Assembly: GCA_963836805.1 (NCBI GenBank)
Contig: CAWIKK010000001.1
Span: forward strand, 702,758 to 766,757
Direction of reading: 5' to 3'
From: an uncultured Gammaproteobacteria bacterium
GTDB lineage: Bacteria > Pseudomonadota > Gammaproteobacteria > Steroidobacterales > Steroidobacteraceae
Length of the DNA: 64,000 nucleotides
Within the stretch, counting starts at the first letter, position 1, and each line of letters starts with the position of its first letter. The notes beneath the pieces are model-generated. The model searched no databases, had not been told where the DNA came from, and saw nothing but the letters and a program-made list of their open reading frames with translations. Shown here piece by piece: positions 28,046 to 37,404 of this stretch. The position numbers and the translations under genes were made by a program.

Positions 28046-28983
28046 AGTGGGACTCCTGGAGTAATTTTGAGGGCGTTGTGCCCCTGCGATATGCCGAAGC
28101 GGCCGCGATAGAGCGGCACATCGCCCGCAAACAAGGTGACCTGTTGCGGAGCTTCGATGGGGATGATGTCGCCGGGCGCGAGGCGCACCAATTCACGCAG
28201 GCTGATTTGCGCCTGCGCCAGCACCGCGCGCGCCTCCAACTGCGCATCCTGCAGCGCGCTGGTGAGCGCGGGGGCCCAAGCCTCTTGCTTGCGCACCGGC
28301 GCGGCGGCGCCGCCGCCGGCAAGCGCATCGCGGATGGGACTGAGCAGGGCATCGGGCAGCAGCCAGTCGATGCGACCGCTGCGGGCCGCAAATTCCACGG
28401 TGAATCTGACCACGATGACCGACTCGAGCGCACCGCCCAATTGCACCAAGCGCGGATTGGTTTCCTGCTTCACCAACTCCATTTCCGCGGGCGACACCGG
28501 CTGCCATGCAGCCGCCACATCTGCGGCAAAGCTGCGCAGCATTAGCGCCAGAAATCGCTGCGCCGCGGGAGCAGTTGCCGCTTGCGGATCAGCATTGGCG
28601 CGGCCGGTCCCGCCGAAAAAGCCGTCCAGCAATGTCAGCAGCAACGCCGGCTCGACGCTGACGTAGGCGAACCCGGGCAGCGGCTTGAGGCGCACGACCG
28701 CCAGGGTGGCCGGCACCGGCAAAGAGGCCTGCAGATCCGCGCTCTTCAGCGACTCCAACGAATCGAATTGCAGGCTCACGTCGCGGCCCAGCAGCGAGGA
28801 CAACGAGACCGTGGCGCGATGGCCAAAATTCTTGCTGATCTCTTCGAGCAGCGGCAACTGGGTCCGATTGATTCGCTGTGCCGCAAAGTCGTAGGGCCGC
28901 ACCGCCGCGGTGCCGTCCTTGCCGTTCTCTTCGAGCAAGGCATTGACCTCTTCATTGGAGATGCGTTCCGGGCTCGCGACCAT
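28042..28983 (-). CDS. fliM: Flagellar motor switch protein FliM (313 aa)
   Basis: N-terminal ISNEEVNALLE (CheY-P binding-type motif) and a C-terminal SpoA-like region. fliL-fliM-fliN order. Confidence 0.92.
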   Translation of the reverse strand: MVASPERISNEEVNALLEENGKDGTAAVRPYDFAAQRINRTQLPLLEEISKNFGHRATVSLSSLLGRDVSLQFDSLESLKSADLQASLPVPATLAVVRLKPLPGFAYVSVEPALLLTLLDGFFGGTGRANADPQAATAPAAQRFLALMLRSFAADVAAAWQPVSPAEMELVKQETNPRLVQLGGALESVIVVRFTVEFAARSGRIDWLLPDALLSPIRDALAGGGAAAPVRKQEAWAPALTSALQDAQLEARAVLAQAQISLRELVRLAPGDIIPIEAPQQVTLFAGDVPLYRGRFGISQGHNALKITPGVPL

Positions 28984-29543
28984 TACTGCACCACGAAGCT
29001 GGTGAACAGCACATCGTCAACATCGGGCCCGCCTTCCTTCTTTTGCACGGCGCGAACTTCCGTGAGCGCTTCCTGGCGGAGCTTTTCCTTGCCCTCGCGG
29101 GACATCATCGATTGGTAATTGCGATTGCTCATCAGCAGCAACAGATTGTTGCGGATCAGGGGGATGTTCCTTTGCACGCTCTCAATGGCTTTTTCATCGT
29201 GCGCCATGATTTCCATGGTGATTTGCAGGAAACGCACTGCGGAGCCGTCTTCAAAGTTCACGACCAGCGGGGGATCGATGGCGTAGTAGACCGATGGCTT
29301 GCCGGCACCATGACCGTCCGCGCCGCCTTTGGCTGCAAGGGCCTCCGGCACGACGGCGGTGATCTTGCCGTCTTTGTCCATTTTCAGATCCGGTAGCGGG
29401 TGTAATTTGGCGTTGATGAAGCCGCCGACCACCACGGCCGCCAGCGTGAGGGCGAAAATGCCCACCCCAGTGACCATCGTGCCCATGAAGCCGCCCGATT
29501 TTTCCGGCGGGGGAGGAGGAGCATTGTCAGCTTCTTCGGCCAT
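28983..29543 (-). CDS. fliL: Flagellar basal-body-associated protein FliL (186 aa)
   Basis: Start MAEEADNAPPPPPEKSGG, single TM, and a conserved FliL C-domain (..FLQITMEIMAHDEKAIE..). ATG 29543 lies downstream of the predicted sigma54 start site, whereas track start 29591 does not. Confidence 0.8.
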   Translation of the reverse strand: MAEEADNAPPPPPEKSGGFMGTMVTGVGIFALTLAAVVVGGFINAKLHPLPDLKMDKDGKITAVVPEALAAKGGADGHGAGKPSVYYAIDPPLVVNFEDGSAVRFLQITMEIMAHDEKAIESVQRNIPLIRNNLLLLMSNRNYQSMMSREGKEKLRQEALTEVRAVQKKEGGPDVDDVLFTSFVVQ

Positions 29544-29586
29544 AGTTCGATTCCAAAGCACGGGCACACGCCGCAGCCTCGAATCG

Positions 29587-29602
29587 AGCAAGTTCTATGC
29601 CA
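29587..29602 (-). promoter_or_regulatory. Sigma54 (-24/-12) promoter of fliLMNOPQR-flhB
   Basis: Minus strand TGGCATAGAACTTGCT fits the consensus TGGCAC-N5-TTGCW with exact GG-N10-GC spacing. An AT-rich tract (AATAATTAGAGAAAAATAACCGAAAAAT) lies just upstream. Predicted TSS is about 33 nt before the fliL ATG. Confidence 0.6.
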
Positions 29603-29696
29603 GAGGATTTTTCGGTTATTTTTCTCTAATTATTCAGATGGTTACGCCAATCGTCGTGCAGCGGAGGCGGAGCATTGAGCGCCGGCAAATTGACGC

Positions 29697-31748
29697 TTAC
29701 CAAATATTCACGCGCTTATCCGCAGGCAAATACATCCGGTCGCCCGGCCTCAAGCCAAATGCCGCGTAAAAGCCCGGCTGGTTTCGCAACGGCGCCGTCC
29801 CGCGCACCGCAGGCGGCGAGTGGGGATCGGTCTTGATGCGCTGAATGGTCTCGGCCTCGCGAACCTTGCCGCGCCAGACCTGCACCCAGCCCAAATACAG
29901 GCGTTGATCGCCGCTGAGACCATCGATGACGGGCGCCTCATGTCCCGCAAGCGAGATTCGATAGGCCTTGTAGGCAATGGCCAGACCTGAATTGTCGCCG
30001 ATGTTCTCGCCCAGGGTGAGCGCGCCATTGACGTGATAGTCGGTTACCGGTTCATAGGCATTGTATTGCGCAATGAGTGCTTTGGTCTTTTCAGCGAATT
30101 TGTCGTGATCGGCCTTGGTGAACCAGTCGTGAAGATTGCCGTCGGCATCGAATTGACTGCCCTCATCATCGAAGCCGTGGCTCATCTCGTGGCCAATCGC
30201 CCCGCCGATGCCGCCATAGTTCACCGCATCGTCCGCTTCCGCATCGAAAAACGGCGGCTGCAGGATGGCCGCCGGGAAAGTGATTTCGTTGCGCGTCGCA
30301 TTGTAGGAAGCATTGACGGTCTGCGGCCGCATGCGCCATTCGTTATGATCGACCGGCTTGCCCAACTTGCCCAGATTGCGCCGGTACTCGAACTCATTGG
30401 CGCGCCATACATTGCCGAGCAAATCGTCGCGGGAAATTTTCAGCGCGCTGTAATCGCGCCAATGATCGGGATAGCCGATCTTAGGCAGCATTTTGGCGAG
30501 CTTGGCCTGGGCGCCGACCTTGGTCTCCGCACTCATCCAGTCCAGCGTGTCGATGTCGCGGCGGTATGCCTCGAGCAGGTTCAACACCAGCGTTTGCATG
30601 CGCGCCTTGTTCTGCGGCGGGAAATATTTCGCCACGTAAAGCTTGCCCAGGGCCTCGCCTAGGCTGCCGTCGAGCAGCGCGATGCCCCGCTTCCAGCGCG
30701 CCTGGTTTTCCGGTACGCCGCGCAGCACTCCGCCGGTGAACGCGAAGCGCTCATCGACAAATGCCTTGGACAGGTACGGAGCCGCGGCCGAGAGCACACG
30801 CCATTTGAAATAGGCTTTCCACAGCGGCAGCGGCGTTGCGGCCATCACCTTTCCAAGACTCGTGAAGTAGGTTGGCTGGCTCACGATTACGGCATCGACC
30901 TTGCCTTCAACCCCGGCATTGCGGATGTAGCGTTGCCATTCGTATCCGGGCATCAGCGCCGACAGTTCGGATATCGCCGTCTTGTTGTAGGTCTTGATGG
31001 GGTCGCGGTCTTCCACCCGGGTCCATTGAATCCTTGCCAACGAGGTTTCCAGATCGAGGATCGCCGCCGCGCTTTGTGCAGCCTTTGCCTGCCCCGCCAT
31101 GCTCAGCATCTTTTCGATATGCGTCTGATACGCGCCACGCGCCGCCTTGAGCTTGGCGTCGTCCTTCAGGTAATAGTCGCGATCCGGCAGACCCAAGCCG
31201 CTCTGATGCAGGATGACCGCATATTGCGTGGAGTTTCTCGCGTCCTGGCTGATCTGCAGGCTAAACGGCGCGCCGGCTCCGATTTCGACCATCCGCGCCA
31301 TCACGCTCGGGATGGAATTCATGTCCTTGACCGCATCGATGGCCGCGAACTCCGGCAGCAAGGGCTTTACTCCTAAGGTCTCGAGTTGCTCCTCGTGCAT
31401 GAAACTCGAATACAGATCGGCCAGCTTCTTGGCGTCGGGATCCTCGTTGCCTTGCGTCTGCTCGAGGCTGTCGACGATGCTGCGCAGCTGTTCCTCGGTC
31501 CTGTCCTGGACGGCGGTGAACGAGCCCACGGCGCCCTTATCCGGCGGCAACTGATAGTCGCGCAGCCATTTGCCGTTCAAGTATTGGTACACATCATCCT
31601 GCGGGCGCGTCGAGGCGTCGACGTACTGCAAATCGATGCCGGAGCGCAGGGTCGGGCGCGCCGCCGCGGCGTCGTTAAGCGGCGGCGTCTGGCTCGCGCA
31701 GGCGGTCAAGCAGCCGATGCCGATCGCAGCGGCCATATTCTTCAACAT
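29697..31748 (-). CDS. M13 family metallopeptidase (PepO/endothelin-converting-enzyme-like lipoprotein), 683 aa
   Basis: Lipobox CLTAC near the N-terminus, zinc motif GHEMSHGFD, and downstream GENIGDNSG (ExxxD). Confidence 0.9.
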   Translation of the reverse strand: MLKNMAAAIGIGCLTACASQTPPLNDAAAARPTLRSGIDLQYVDASTRPQDDVYQYLNGKWLRDYQLPPDKGAVGSFTAVQDRTEEQLRSIVDSLEQTQGNEDPDAKKLADLYSSFMHEEQLETLGVKPLLPEFAAIDAVKDMNSIPSVMARMVEIGAGAPFSLQISQDARNSTQYAVILHQSGLGLPDRDYYLKDDAKLKAARGAYQTHIEKMLSMAGQAKAAQSAAAILDLETSLARIQWTRVEDRDPIKTYNKTAISELSALMPGYEWQRYIRNAGVEGKVDAVIVSQPTYFTSLGKVMAATPLPLWKAYFKWRVLSAAAPYLSKAFVDERFAFTGGVLRGVPENQARWKRGIALLDGSLGEALGKLYVAKYFPPQNKARMQTLVLNLLEAYRRDIDTLDWMSAETKVGAQAKLAKMLPKIGYPDHWRDYSALKISRDDLLGNVWRANEFEYRRNLGKLGKPVDHNEWRMRPQTVNASYNATRNEITFPAAILQPPFFDAEADDAVNYGGIGGAIGHEMSHGFDDEGSQFDADGNLHDWFTKADHDKFAEKTKALIAQYNAYEPVTDYHVNGALTLGENIGDNSGLAIAYKAYRISLAGHEAPVIDGLSGDQRLYLGWVQVWRGKVREAETIQRIKTDPHSPPAVRGTAPLRNQPGFYAAFGLRPGDRMYLPADKRVNIW

Positions 31749-31758
31749 AATTCCTACC

Positions 31759-33129
31759 TCAAAATTTCAATGAAACTTTCAATCCCGGTTCCGCATCGTC
31801 GAGCACCAGGCGCGCGCCGTGCAGCTTGGTCACGGCCGCGACCAGCGACAATCCCAAGCCGGACCCCGGAAATTTGCGCGCCTCGTCCAATCGGACGCGC
31901 CGGCCGAGCACAATCTCGCGCTTGTCGGCCGGAATCCCCGGGCCGTTATCCTCGACAATGACCTGCGGTGCGCTGCCCGAGCCGTCCAGTACCACGCGTA
32001 TGTGACCGCCATCGGGGGTGAATTTAATGGCATTGTCGAGCAAGTTCGCAAGCGCTTGCGCCAGCAATTGCCGGTTGCCCTGCACGTGCGCGCCGGAGGC
32101 GACCCTGCTCTCGAGCACAATCCCGCGCTCTTCGCTTACCGGTGCATATAGTTCGACCACGCTCTCCACCAGTTCCGACAGATCCACCGGTTCACGTGCC
32201 ACGGTGCCGGTTTCCGCAAGCGCGATGCGCAGCAGCGCATCCAAAGTGCTGCGCATTTGATCGACTTCGGTGGTGACCCTTTCCAGTACGCGCCGCTCCG
32301 CCGATCCCGGCTTGAGCAAGGGCATGGCGCCCTCCGCGGTCGCCTGCAGGCGGTTCAAGGGGGTGCGCAGGTCGTGCGCCGCGCTGTCGAGCACGGTGCG
32401 CATGCCAAGCGTGAGCTGCTCGATTTTGTCGAGCATGGTGTTGATCTCGCGCGCCAGCGTGTTGATCTCATCGTCGGCGGCGCGCACCGGCAGCCGCTGC
32501 GAGAGATCGCCGCGCATGATCTGGGTCGCAACCGCGGATATCGCTCCGGCTTGCGCCAGAATGCGCCGTCCCATCCAGAAGCCACCGCCGAGTCCCAGCA
32601 GCAAGGTCAATACCACGGCGGTGATCAGGCCGCGCATCATGAGGTTCTTGACGTCTTGCCGTTCCTGCACGTCGTGTCCCACCAACATGCGATAGCCGCC
32701 CGGCAACGGAAACCGCTGCGCCCGCATTTCGTGCTCACGCGTTTCATCGCCGAATGGCACCGAGACCTTGAACAGAAACCACTTGCCCGCGGCGGCATCC
32801 ACTTTGGGCCATGCGGGCACGTTGCCGGCCACCGGTCGCAGCTGCGGATCGACCATGAGGTATACAGCACCGCGCACATCCTGATCCTGCGAGCGCTGCT
32901 CGACCAATTCGATGAAGTCGCTGCGCGAGAGCACCAGCACCTGCTCGCGCAGTCCCTGCACTTCCGCCTCGATCAGATTATCGGTGCTGCCGTCGACCAC
33001 GCGCGAGACTGCGAAATCGACTGCATAAATGAGCGCCGCTGCACCGATCGCGAACACAATGGAATAAACGATGGCGATACGGAACGGCGAGGTATCGAGA
33101 ACACCGAGAAAGCGCTGATCGGGACCCAT
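31759..33129 (-). CDS. Sensor histidine kinase (HAMP-HisKA-HATPase), 456 aa
   Basis: Two TM segments, H-box SAAHDLRTPLN, N-box LLDNAIKFT, and G-boxes DNGPGI and GSGLGLS. Confidence 0.88.
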   Translation of the reverse strand: MGPDQRFLGVLDTSPFRIAIVYSIVFAIGAAALIYAVDFAVSRVVDGSTDNLIEAEVQGLREQVLVLSRSDFIELVEQRSQDQDVRGAVYLMVDPQLRPVAGNVPAWPKVDAAAGKWFLFKVSVPFGDETREHEMRAQRFPLPGGYRMLVGHDVQERQDVKNLMMRGLITAVVLTLLLGLGGGFWMGRRILAQAGAISAVATQIMRGDLSQRLPVRAADDEINTLAREINTMLDKIEQLTLGMRTVLDSAAHDLRTPLNRLQATAEGAMPLLKPGSAERRVLERVTTEVDQMRSTLDALLRIALAETGTVAREPVDLSELVESVVELYAPVSEERGIVLESRVASGAHVQGNRQLLAQALANLLDNAIKFTPDGGHIRVVLDGSGSAPQVIVEDNGPGIPADKREIVLGRRVRLDEARKFPGSGLGLSLVAAVTKLHGARLVLDDAEPGLKVSLKF

Positions 33130-33152
33130 CTAGGAGTCTTGAGCCTCGGGCC

Positions 33153-33836
33153 TTATTCGTCTTCGCGCAAGCTGTAGCCCGCGCCGCGCACCGTGTGAAG
33201 CAGGGGCTTGTCGAAATCCTTGTCGATCGCCTGGCGCAGACGGCTGATGTGTACGTCGATCACATTGGTCTGCGGATCGAAATGATAGTCCCAAACTCCC
33301 TCGAGCAGCATGGTGCGCGTCACCACCTGCCCACTGTGACGCATCATGAATTCGAGCAGCTGAAACTCGCGCGCGGTCAATTCGATTTTCTTGCCGTTGC
33401 GCACGACCCGCCGGGTCATGCGATCCAATTCCAGGTCCGCCAATTTCAATTTGGTGCTGGCTTCGGCGTTGCCGGCATCGCCGCGCCGCGCGAGCGCCTC
33501 GATCCGCGCCAACAACTCTGCCATGTGATAAGGCTTGGTCAGGTAGTCGTCGCCGCCGGCCCGCAAGCCGGTAATGCGGTCATCCACGTCCCCGAGTGCG
33601 CTTAGGATCAGCACCGGCATTTTTCGGCCCGTTGCACGCAGCGACTGAACCAAGGCGAGGCCGTCCATTTTGGGCAGCATGCGATCGACGATGGCCAGAT
33701 CGACCGCTACCGAGGAGGCCATGTGCAGGCCTTCGAGTCCATTGTCTGCGACATCGACCGTGTGGCCGGCCTCCCGGAGCGCCTTCGCCAGGTAGTCGCG
33801 CGCGACTGCGTCGTCTTCGACAATCAAGATGTGCAT
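33153..33836 (-). CDS. OmpR-family response regulator (227 aa)
   Basis: MHILIVEDDAVARDYL.., the receiver Asp in DLAIVDRMLP, and a winged-helix C-terminus VIDVHISRLRQAIDK..TVRGAGYSL. ATG at 33836. The track ORF to 34724 is an upstream extension. Confidence 0.92.
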   Translation of the reverse strand: MHILIVEDDAVARDYLAKALREAGHTVDVADNGLEGLHMASSVAVDLAIVDRMLPKMDGLALVQSLRATGRKMPVLILSALGDVDDRITGLRAGGDDYLTKPYHMAELLARIEALARRGDAGNAEASTKLKLADLELDRMTRRVVRNGKKIELTAREFQLLEFMMRHSGQVVTRTMLLEGVWDYHFDPQTNVIDVHISRLRQAIDKDFDKPLLHTVRGAGYSLREDE

Positions 33837-33908
33837 GGCTTGGTATCTTAGACTAGGATGCCCTCGCCCGGGTTCACTCGATAGGACCCAAACTTCACGC
33901 GAAGGTCT

Positions 33909-34736
33909 ATGCCCGAGTGTCGGATCCTTGCCGCGATGCTCGCGGCGCTCCTCTGGACCGTTTCGTCCTACGCCAAAGAGGCCCCATTGTGGGAATTCGG
34001 TCTCGGCGCGGGCGCTATCGCCTTTCAGGACTATCGCGGTTCCAACACCACGCACGCCTATCCCCTGCCGGTTCCCTACATCGTTTACAACGGCGAGTTC
34101 CTCAAGGCGGATCGCGACGGCGTGCGCGGTACGCTGCTCAATCAGGATCGGCTCGAGATCAATGTGAGCTTTACCCTGACCACCCCGGTTCGCAATGATC
34201 TCGCCCGCAGCGGTATGCCGGACCTGCGTTCCACGGTTGAGCTGGGCCCCTCGTTCGATTTCCACCTGCTGCGCAGCGAGGGGGGCCGCATCAAACTCGA
34301 CCTGCGCATGCCGTTGCGCGCAGTGGCGACCGTTGAGATACTGCCGACGCTGGTCGGCTGGACCTTCAGTCCCCGATTGAACCTCGACCTGAGGGATCCG
34401 TTCGGGCTGCCGGGTTGGAACCTCGGATTGCTGGCGGGCCCCCTGTTCGCCAACCGCCGCTATCATGAATATTTCTACTCGGTGGCTCCGCAGTTTGCGA
34501 CCCCGTCGCGGCCGGAATTTGCGGCCGCGGGCGGCTACGCCGGCACGCAAACGCTGGCAGCCCTCTCGAAACGCTATCCGAAGTTCTGGATGGGAGCGTA
34601 TATGCGTTATGACACGCTCGCGGGAGCGGCCTTTGTTGACAGCCCCCTGGTGGAGCGCAAAAGCTACTGGACCGGCGGATTTGGTTTCGCCTGGATGATC
34701 CAGAAATCGCAACGAGTCGTGCAAATACCGGACTGA
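33909..34736 (+). CDS. mipA: MipA/OmpV family outer-membrane protein (275 aa)
   Basis: Signal peptide, then WEFGLGAGAIAFQDYRGSNTTHAYPLPVPYIVYNGEFLKADRDGVRG, typical of the MipA/OmpV beta-barrel family. Divergent from the RR/HK pair. Confidence 0.8.
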   Translation: MPECRILAAMLAALLWTVSSYAKEAPLWEFGLGAGAIAFQDYRGSNTTHAYPLPVPYIVYNGEFLKADRDGVRGTLLNQDRLEINVSFTLTTPVRNDLARSGMPDLRSTVELGPSFDFHLLRSEGGRIKLDLRMPLRAVATVEILPTLVGWTFSPRLNLDLRDPFGLPGWNLGLLAGPLFANRRYHEYFYSVAPQFATPSRPEFAAAGGYAGTQTLAALSKRYPKFWMGAYMRYDTLAGAAFVDSPLVERKSYWTGGFGFAWMIQKSQRVVQIPD

Positions 34737-34744
34737 CAGCGACT

Positions 34745-35509
34745 ATGCCGCGTTTCATGAAAATCGCTTACGAATATTTCGCGCTCTATAGTTCCTTGAC
34801 GCTTCTCGGCCTCATTTGCCTCACATGGTCGGTATTTGCGCTTCCCCTATATTTTCTTCTGCCGGTGCGCATCGGCACGGCCGTCGGCCGGCGCGGCATC
34901 ATGGCGGGCTTTCGCCTCTATTCCTGGTCCCTGGCAATCACCGGAACCTACCTGCTGGACCTGAAGGCGGTGGATACCCTAAAGGGCGGGCCGCCGCTGA
35001 TCCTGGCGCCGAACCATCCGGCGCTGATCGATGCACTGCTGATACTGGCCCGGCATCCAAATCTTGTCTGCGTGATGAAATCAGAGCTGATGAAAAATGT
35101 GTTCTTGGGCGCAGGATCGCGGCTCGCTCGCTATGTGCGCAACGAATCATCAAGGCAAATGGTCAAGGAGTCGGTGGCGCATCTACAGGCCGGCGGCATC
35201 CTGCTGTTGTTTCCCGAGGGTACCCGCACCACGCGGTTCCCGATCAATCCGCTGGTCGGAAGTGTCGGTCTGATCGCAAAGCATGCCAAGGTGCCGGTGC
35301 AGACGCTCATCATTGAGACCGACTCGCCCTTCTTGAGCAAGGGGTGGCCGTTGTTCAAGCGGCCGCACCTGCCCATCACCTATCGGGTACGGCTGGGTCA
35401 GCGATTCGAGCCGCCGTCGGATGTGCCCGCCTTCACCGCCGGGCTCGATCGATATTACCGGCAGGCTCTCGAGGGCTCCCTGCAGTCCGGTTGGCTCGAC
35501 CCCGAATAA
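34745..35509 (+). CDS. Lysophospholipid (1-acyl-glycerol-3-phosphate-type) acyltransferase, 254 aa
   Basis: HX4D motif NHPALID and the FPEGTRT motif. N-terminal TM segments. Confidence 0.85.
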   Translation: MPRFMKIAYEYFALYSSLTLLGLICLTWSVFALPLYFLLPVRIGTAVGRRGIMAGFRLYSWSLAITGTYLLDLKAVDTLKGGPPLILAPNHPALIDALLILARHPNLVCVMKSELMKNVFLGAGSRLARYVRNESSRQMVKESVAHLQAGGILLLFPEGTRTTRFPINPLVGSVGLIAKHAKVPVQTLIIETDSPFLSKGWPLFKRPHLPITYRVRLGQRFEPPSDVPAFTAGLDRYYRQALEGSLQSGWLDPE

Positions 35510-36262
35510 ATGACGCCATCGAGCACCCATCTCGTGCTCATTCCGAGCTACAACCCCGGACCCAGGGTGTTTTCAACCGTGCGGGAGGCGCTGGATCAAT
35601 GGGCGCCAGTGTGGGTCGTCGTCGACGGCAGTACCGATCACTCGCAACACCGCTTGGTACAAATGGCGGCCGTGGAGCCGGCACTTCGCGTCTGGATACT
35701 GCCCGAGAATCGCGGCAAGGGCGGCGCGGTGCTGTTTGGTCTGCGCGAAGCGCAGGCACTCGGGTTCACGCATGTGCTGACCATGGATTCCGACGGTCAA
35801 CACCCTGCCGCGAGTATTCCTAATTTCATGCAGGCTTCCATGGCCTCTCCCGCCTCCATGGTGTTGGGCGAACCAATTTTTGACGGCAGTGCGCCGAGCT
35901 TGCGCGTCAAAGGCCGCAAAATATCAAATTGGTGGGCCAACCTAGAAACTCTCTGGGCCGGCATACACGATTCGCTGTTTGGATTTCGCGTGTACCCCGT
36001 CGGCCCGCTCATTGGGGTCATGCGTACTCAATTGTGGATGCGGCGTTTCGATTTCGACGTGGAAGCGGTCGTGCGGCTGTGTTGGCGCGGAGTGCAGCCC
36101 ATCAACCGGCCGGCGGCGGTGCGCTACTTCAGGCCCGAGGACGGCGGCGTTTCGCATTTCAACTACTGGCGCGATAACGCCCTCCTGACCTGGATGCACT
36201 TCCGGTTGTTTTTAGGATTCGTCGCCCGTTTGCCGCTGCTGGTTGCGCGGCGCATGCGCTGA
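35510..36262 (+). CDS. Family 2 glycosyltransferase (250 aa)
   Basis: LIPSYNPGPRVFSTV.. (GT-A fold N-terminus) and the DSDGQH DxD-type motif. TAA-ATG abutment with the upstream gene. Confidence 0.85.
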   Translation: MTPSSTHLVLIPSYNPGPRVFSTVREALDQWAPVWVVVDGSTDHSQHRLVQMAAVEPALRVWILPENRGKGGAVLFGLREAQALGFTHVLTMDSDGQHPAASIPNFMQASMASPASMVLGEPIFDGSAPSLRVKGRKISNWWANLETLWAGIHDSLFGFRVYPVGPLIGVMRTQLWMRRFDFDVEAVVRLCWRGVQPINRPAAVRYFRPEDGGVSHFNYWRDNALLTWMHFRLFLGFVARLPLLVARRMR

Positions 36263-36265
36263 CCT

Positions 36266-37003
36266 TCAGGCGCGCGGCTTGTGCGCTTGGTATTCCGAGA
36301 AAATACCCAGCGTCACCGAACGGGATTCTTCGATGAAACCGGCCTCGCGGAGGGCTTGCAGTATTTCACCGGGGCCCACGCAGGCATCGATGGTGTCCCA
36401 GTAGTAGCGCATTAGCTTGGGTGAATCGACATTCCTGGCGAGAACTCCGGCGATAATGGGCACCACTCCGCGCATATAGGTTTTGAGGACGGCGCGCGGC
36501 ACACGACCCTGGGGGCGCGTGATCTCCAGAAGGCAAATTCGGCCGCCGGGTTTCAGCACACGCATAAATTCCAGGAATGCGGCGGACAGGTCGGCGATGT
36601 GGCGCAGCGCGTACCCCATGCACAAAAAATCGGCGGTGTGCGCCTCCACTGGAATGGCCTCGGCGCTGCCGAGCAGCAATTCCACATTGGGTGGAACTTT
36701 GGCGCTTTCAAGCATGCCGCTGCTGGGGTCGATGCCGGTCACCCGGCCCGTTGCGCCCACCAAATCGGCCGCTTGACGGGCCATAAGCCCGGTTCCCACG
36801 CCAATGTCCAATACCCGCATGCCTGGTAAGAGTCCGGCGCGGCGCAATGCATTTCGGCGATACCGCGACCCCGACCCCAGAGCCATGACCCGCTCGATGC
36901 GGTCATAATCTCCCGCAGTGCGGTCGAAGATCTCCCGAACCCAGCCGCCGCGCTCCGCCTCATGCGAATAATAGTCGCCCAGCGGCGGGTGCGGTGCTTG
37001 CAT
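36266..37003 (-). CDS. Class I SAM-dependent methyltransferase (UbiE/MenG-like), 245 aa
   Basis: SAM motif VLDIGVGTGL and post-I/II motifs. The only minus-strand gene inside the plus-strand cluster. Confidence 0.85.
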   Translation of the reverse strand: MQAPHPPLGDYYSHEAERGGWVREIFDRTAGDYDRIERVMALGSGSRYRRNALRRAGLLPGMRVLDIGVGTGLMARQAADLVGATGRVTGIDPSSGMLESAKVPPNVELLLGSAEAIPVEAHTADFLCMGYALRHIADLSAAFLEFMRVLKPGGRICLLEITRPQGRVPRAVLKTYMRGVVPIIAGVLARNVDSPKLMRYYWDTIDACVGPGEILQALREAGFIEESRSVTLGIFSEYQAHKPRA

Positions 37004-37034
37004 GGCTCAGGAGCATACGCGCATCGTAGGTGAG

Positions 37035-37062
37035 TTGCCGCACCGGCCGGCACCTATATAAT
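37035..37062 (+). promoter_or_regulatory. Candidate sigma70 promoter of the 11-kb ACP-to-ketoreductase operon
   Basis: TTGCCG (37035-37040), a 16-nt spacer, then TATAAT (37057-37062). Located 38 nt upstream of the ACP ATG at 37100. Pattern match only. Confidence 0.45.
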
Positions 37063-37099
37063 GCCGCTACTTAGAACTCCAATCGAAAGCTTAAAGCCT

Positions 37100-37402
37100 A
37101 TGTCCGACAAAGCGTCACTCGTGCGACAGCCGGCGCCGCTGACCGATGTCGGTCTCGAGCGGGAACTTGCTGCGTTGTTAGTGGAAGCCCTGAATCTTGA
37201 GGTCAAGCCTCAGAACATCGATCCCGACGCGCCTCTGTACGGCGAAGGATTGGGACTGGATTCGATTGATATCCTGGAGGTGGCGCTGATTGTCTCGAAG
37301 CAATACGGCATCCAGTTGCGGGCCGACAGCCAGGAGAATCAGCAGATCTTCCGTTCCCTGAGGCATCTCGCACGGTACATCGCGGCACAGAGAACCAAGT
37401 AG
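37100..37402 (+). CDS. Acyl carrier protein (100 aa)
   Basis: Phosphopantetheine attachment motif GLGLDSIDILEV. Start MSDKASLV at 37100 is preferred, because the track ATG at 37061 lies inside the predicted -10 box. Confidence 0.85.
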   Translation: MSDKASLVRQPAPLTDVGLERELAALLVEALNLEVKPQNIDPDAPLYGEGLGLDSIDILEVALIVSKQYGIQLRADSQENQQIFRSLRHLARYIAAQRTK

Positions 37403-37404
37403 CC

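Noticed and set aside
27702-28433. Upstream part of track ORF 27339..28433, which would give a 364-aa FliO.
   Set aside because: It overlaps fliN and fliM in another frame. FliO-like sequence (a single TM) begins at ATG 27701, which is ATGA-coupled to fliN.
33837-34724. Upstream 296 codons of track ORF 33153..34724, which would give a 523-aa response regulator.
   Set aside because: The conserved receiver domain starts at MHILIVEDD (ATG 33836). The extension has no domain and overlaps the well-supported plus-strand mipA gene.
37061-37099. ATG at 37061 as the ACP start codon.
   Set aside because: It lies inside the predicted TATAAT -10 box. The ACP fold needs only the 100 aa from ATG 37100.
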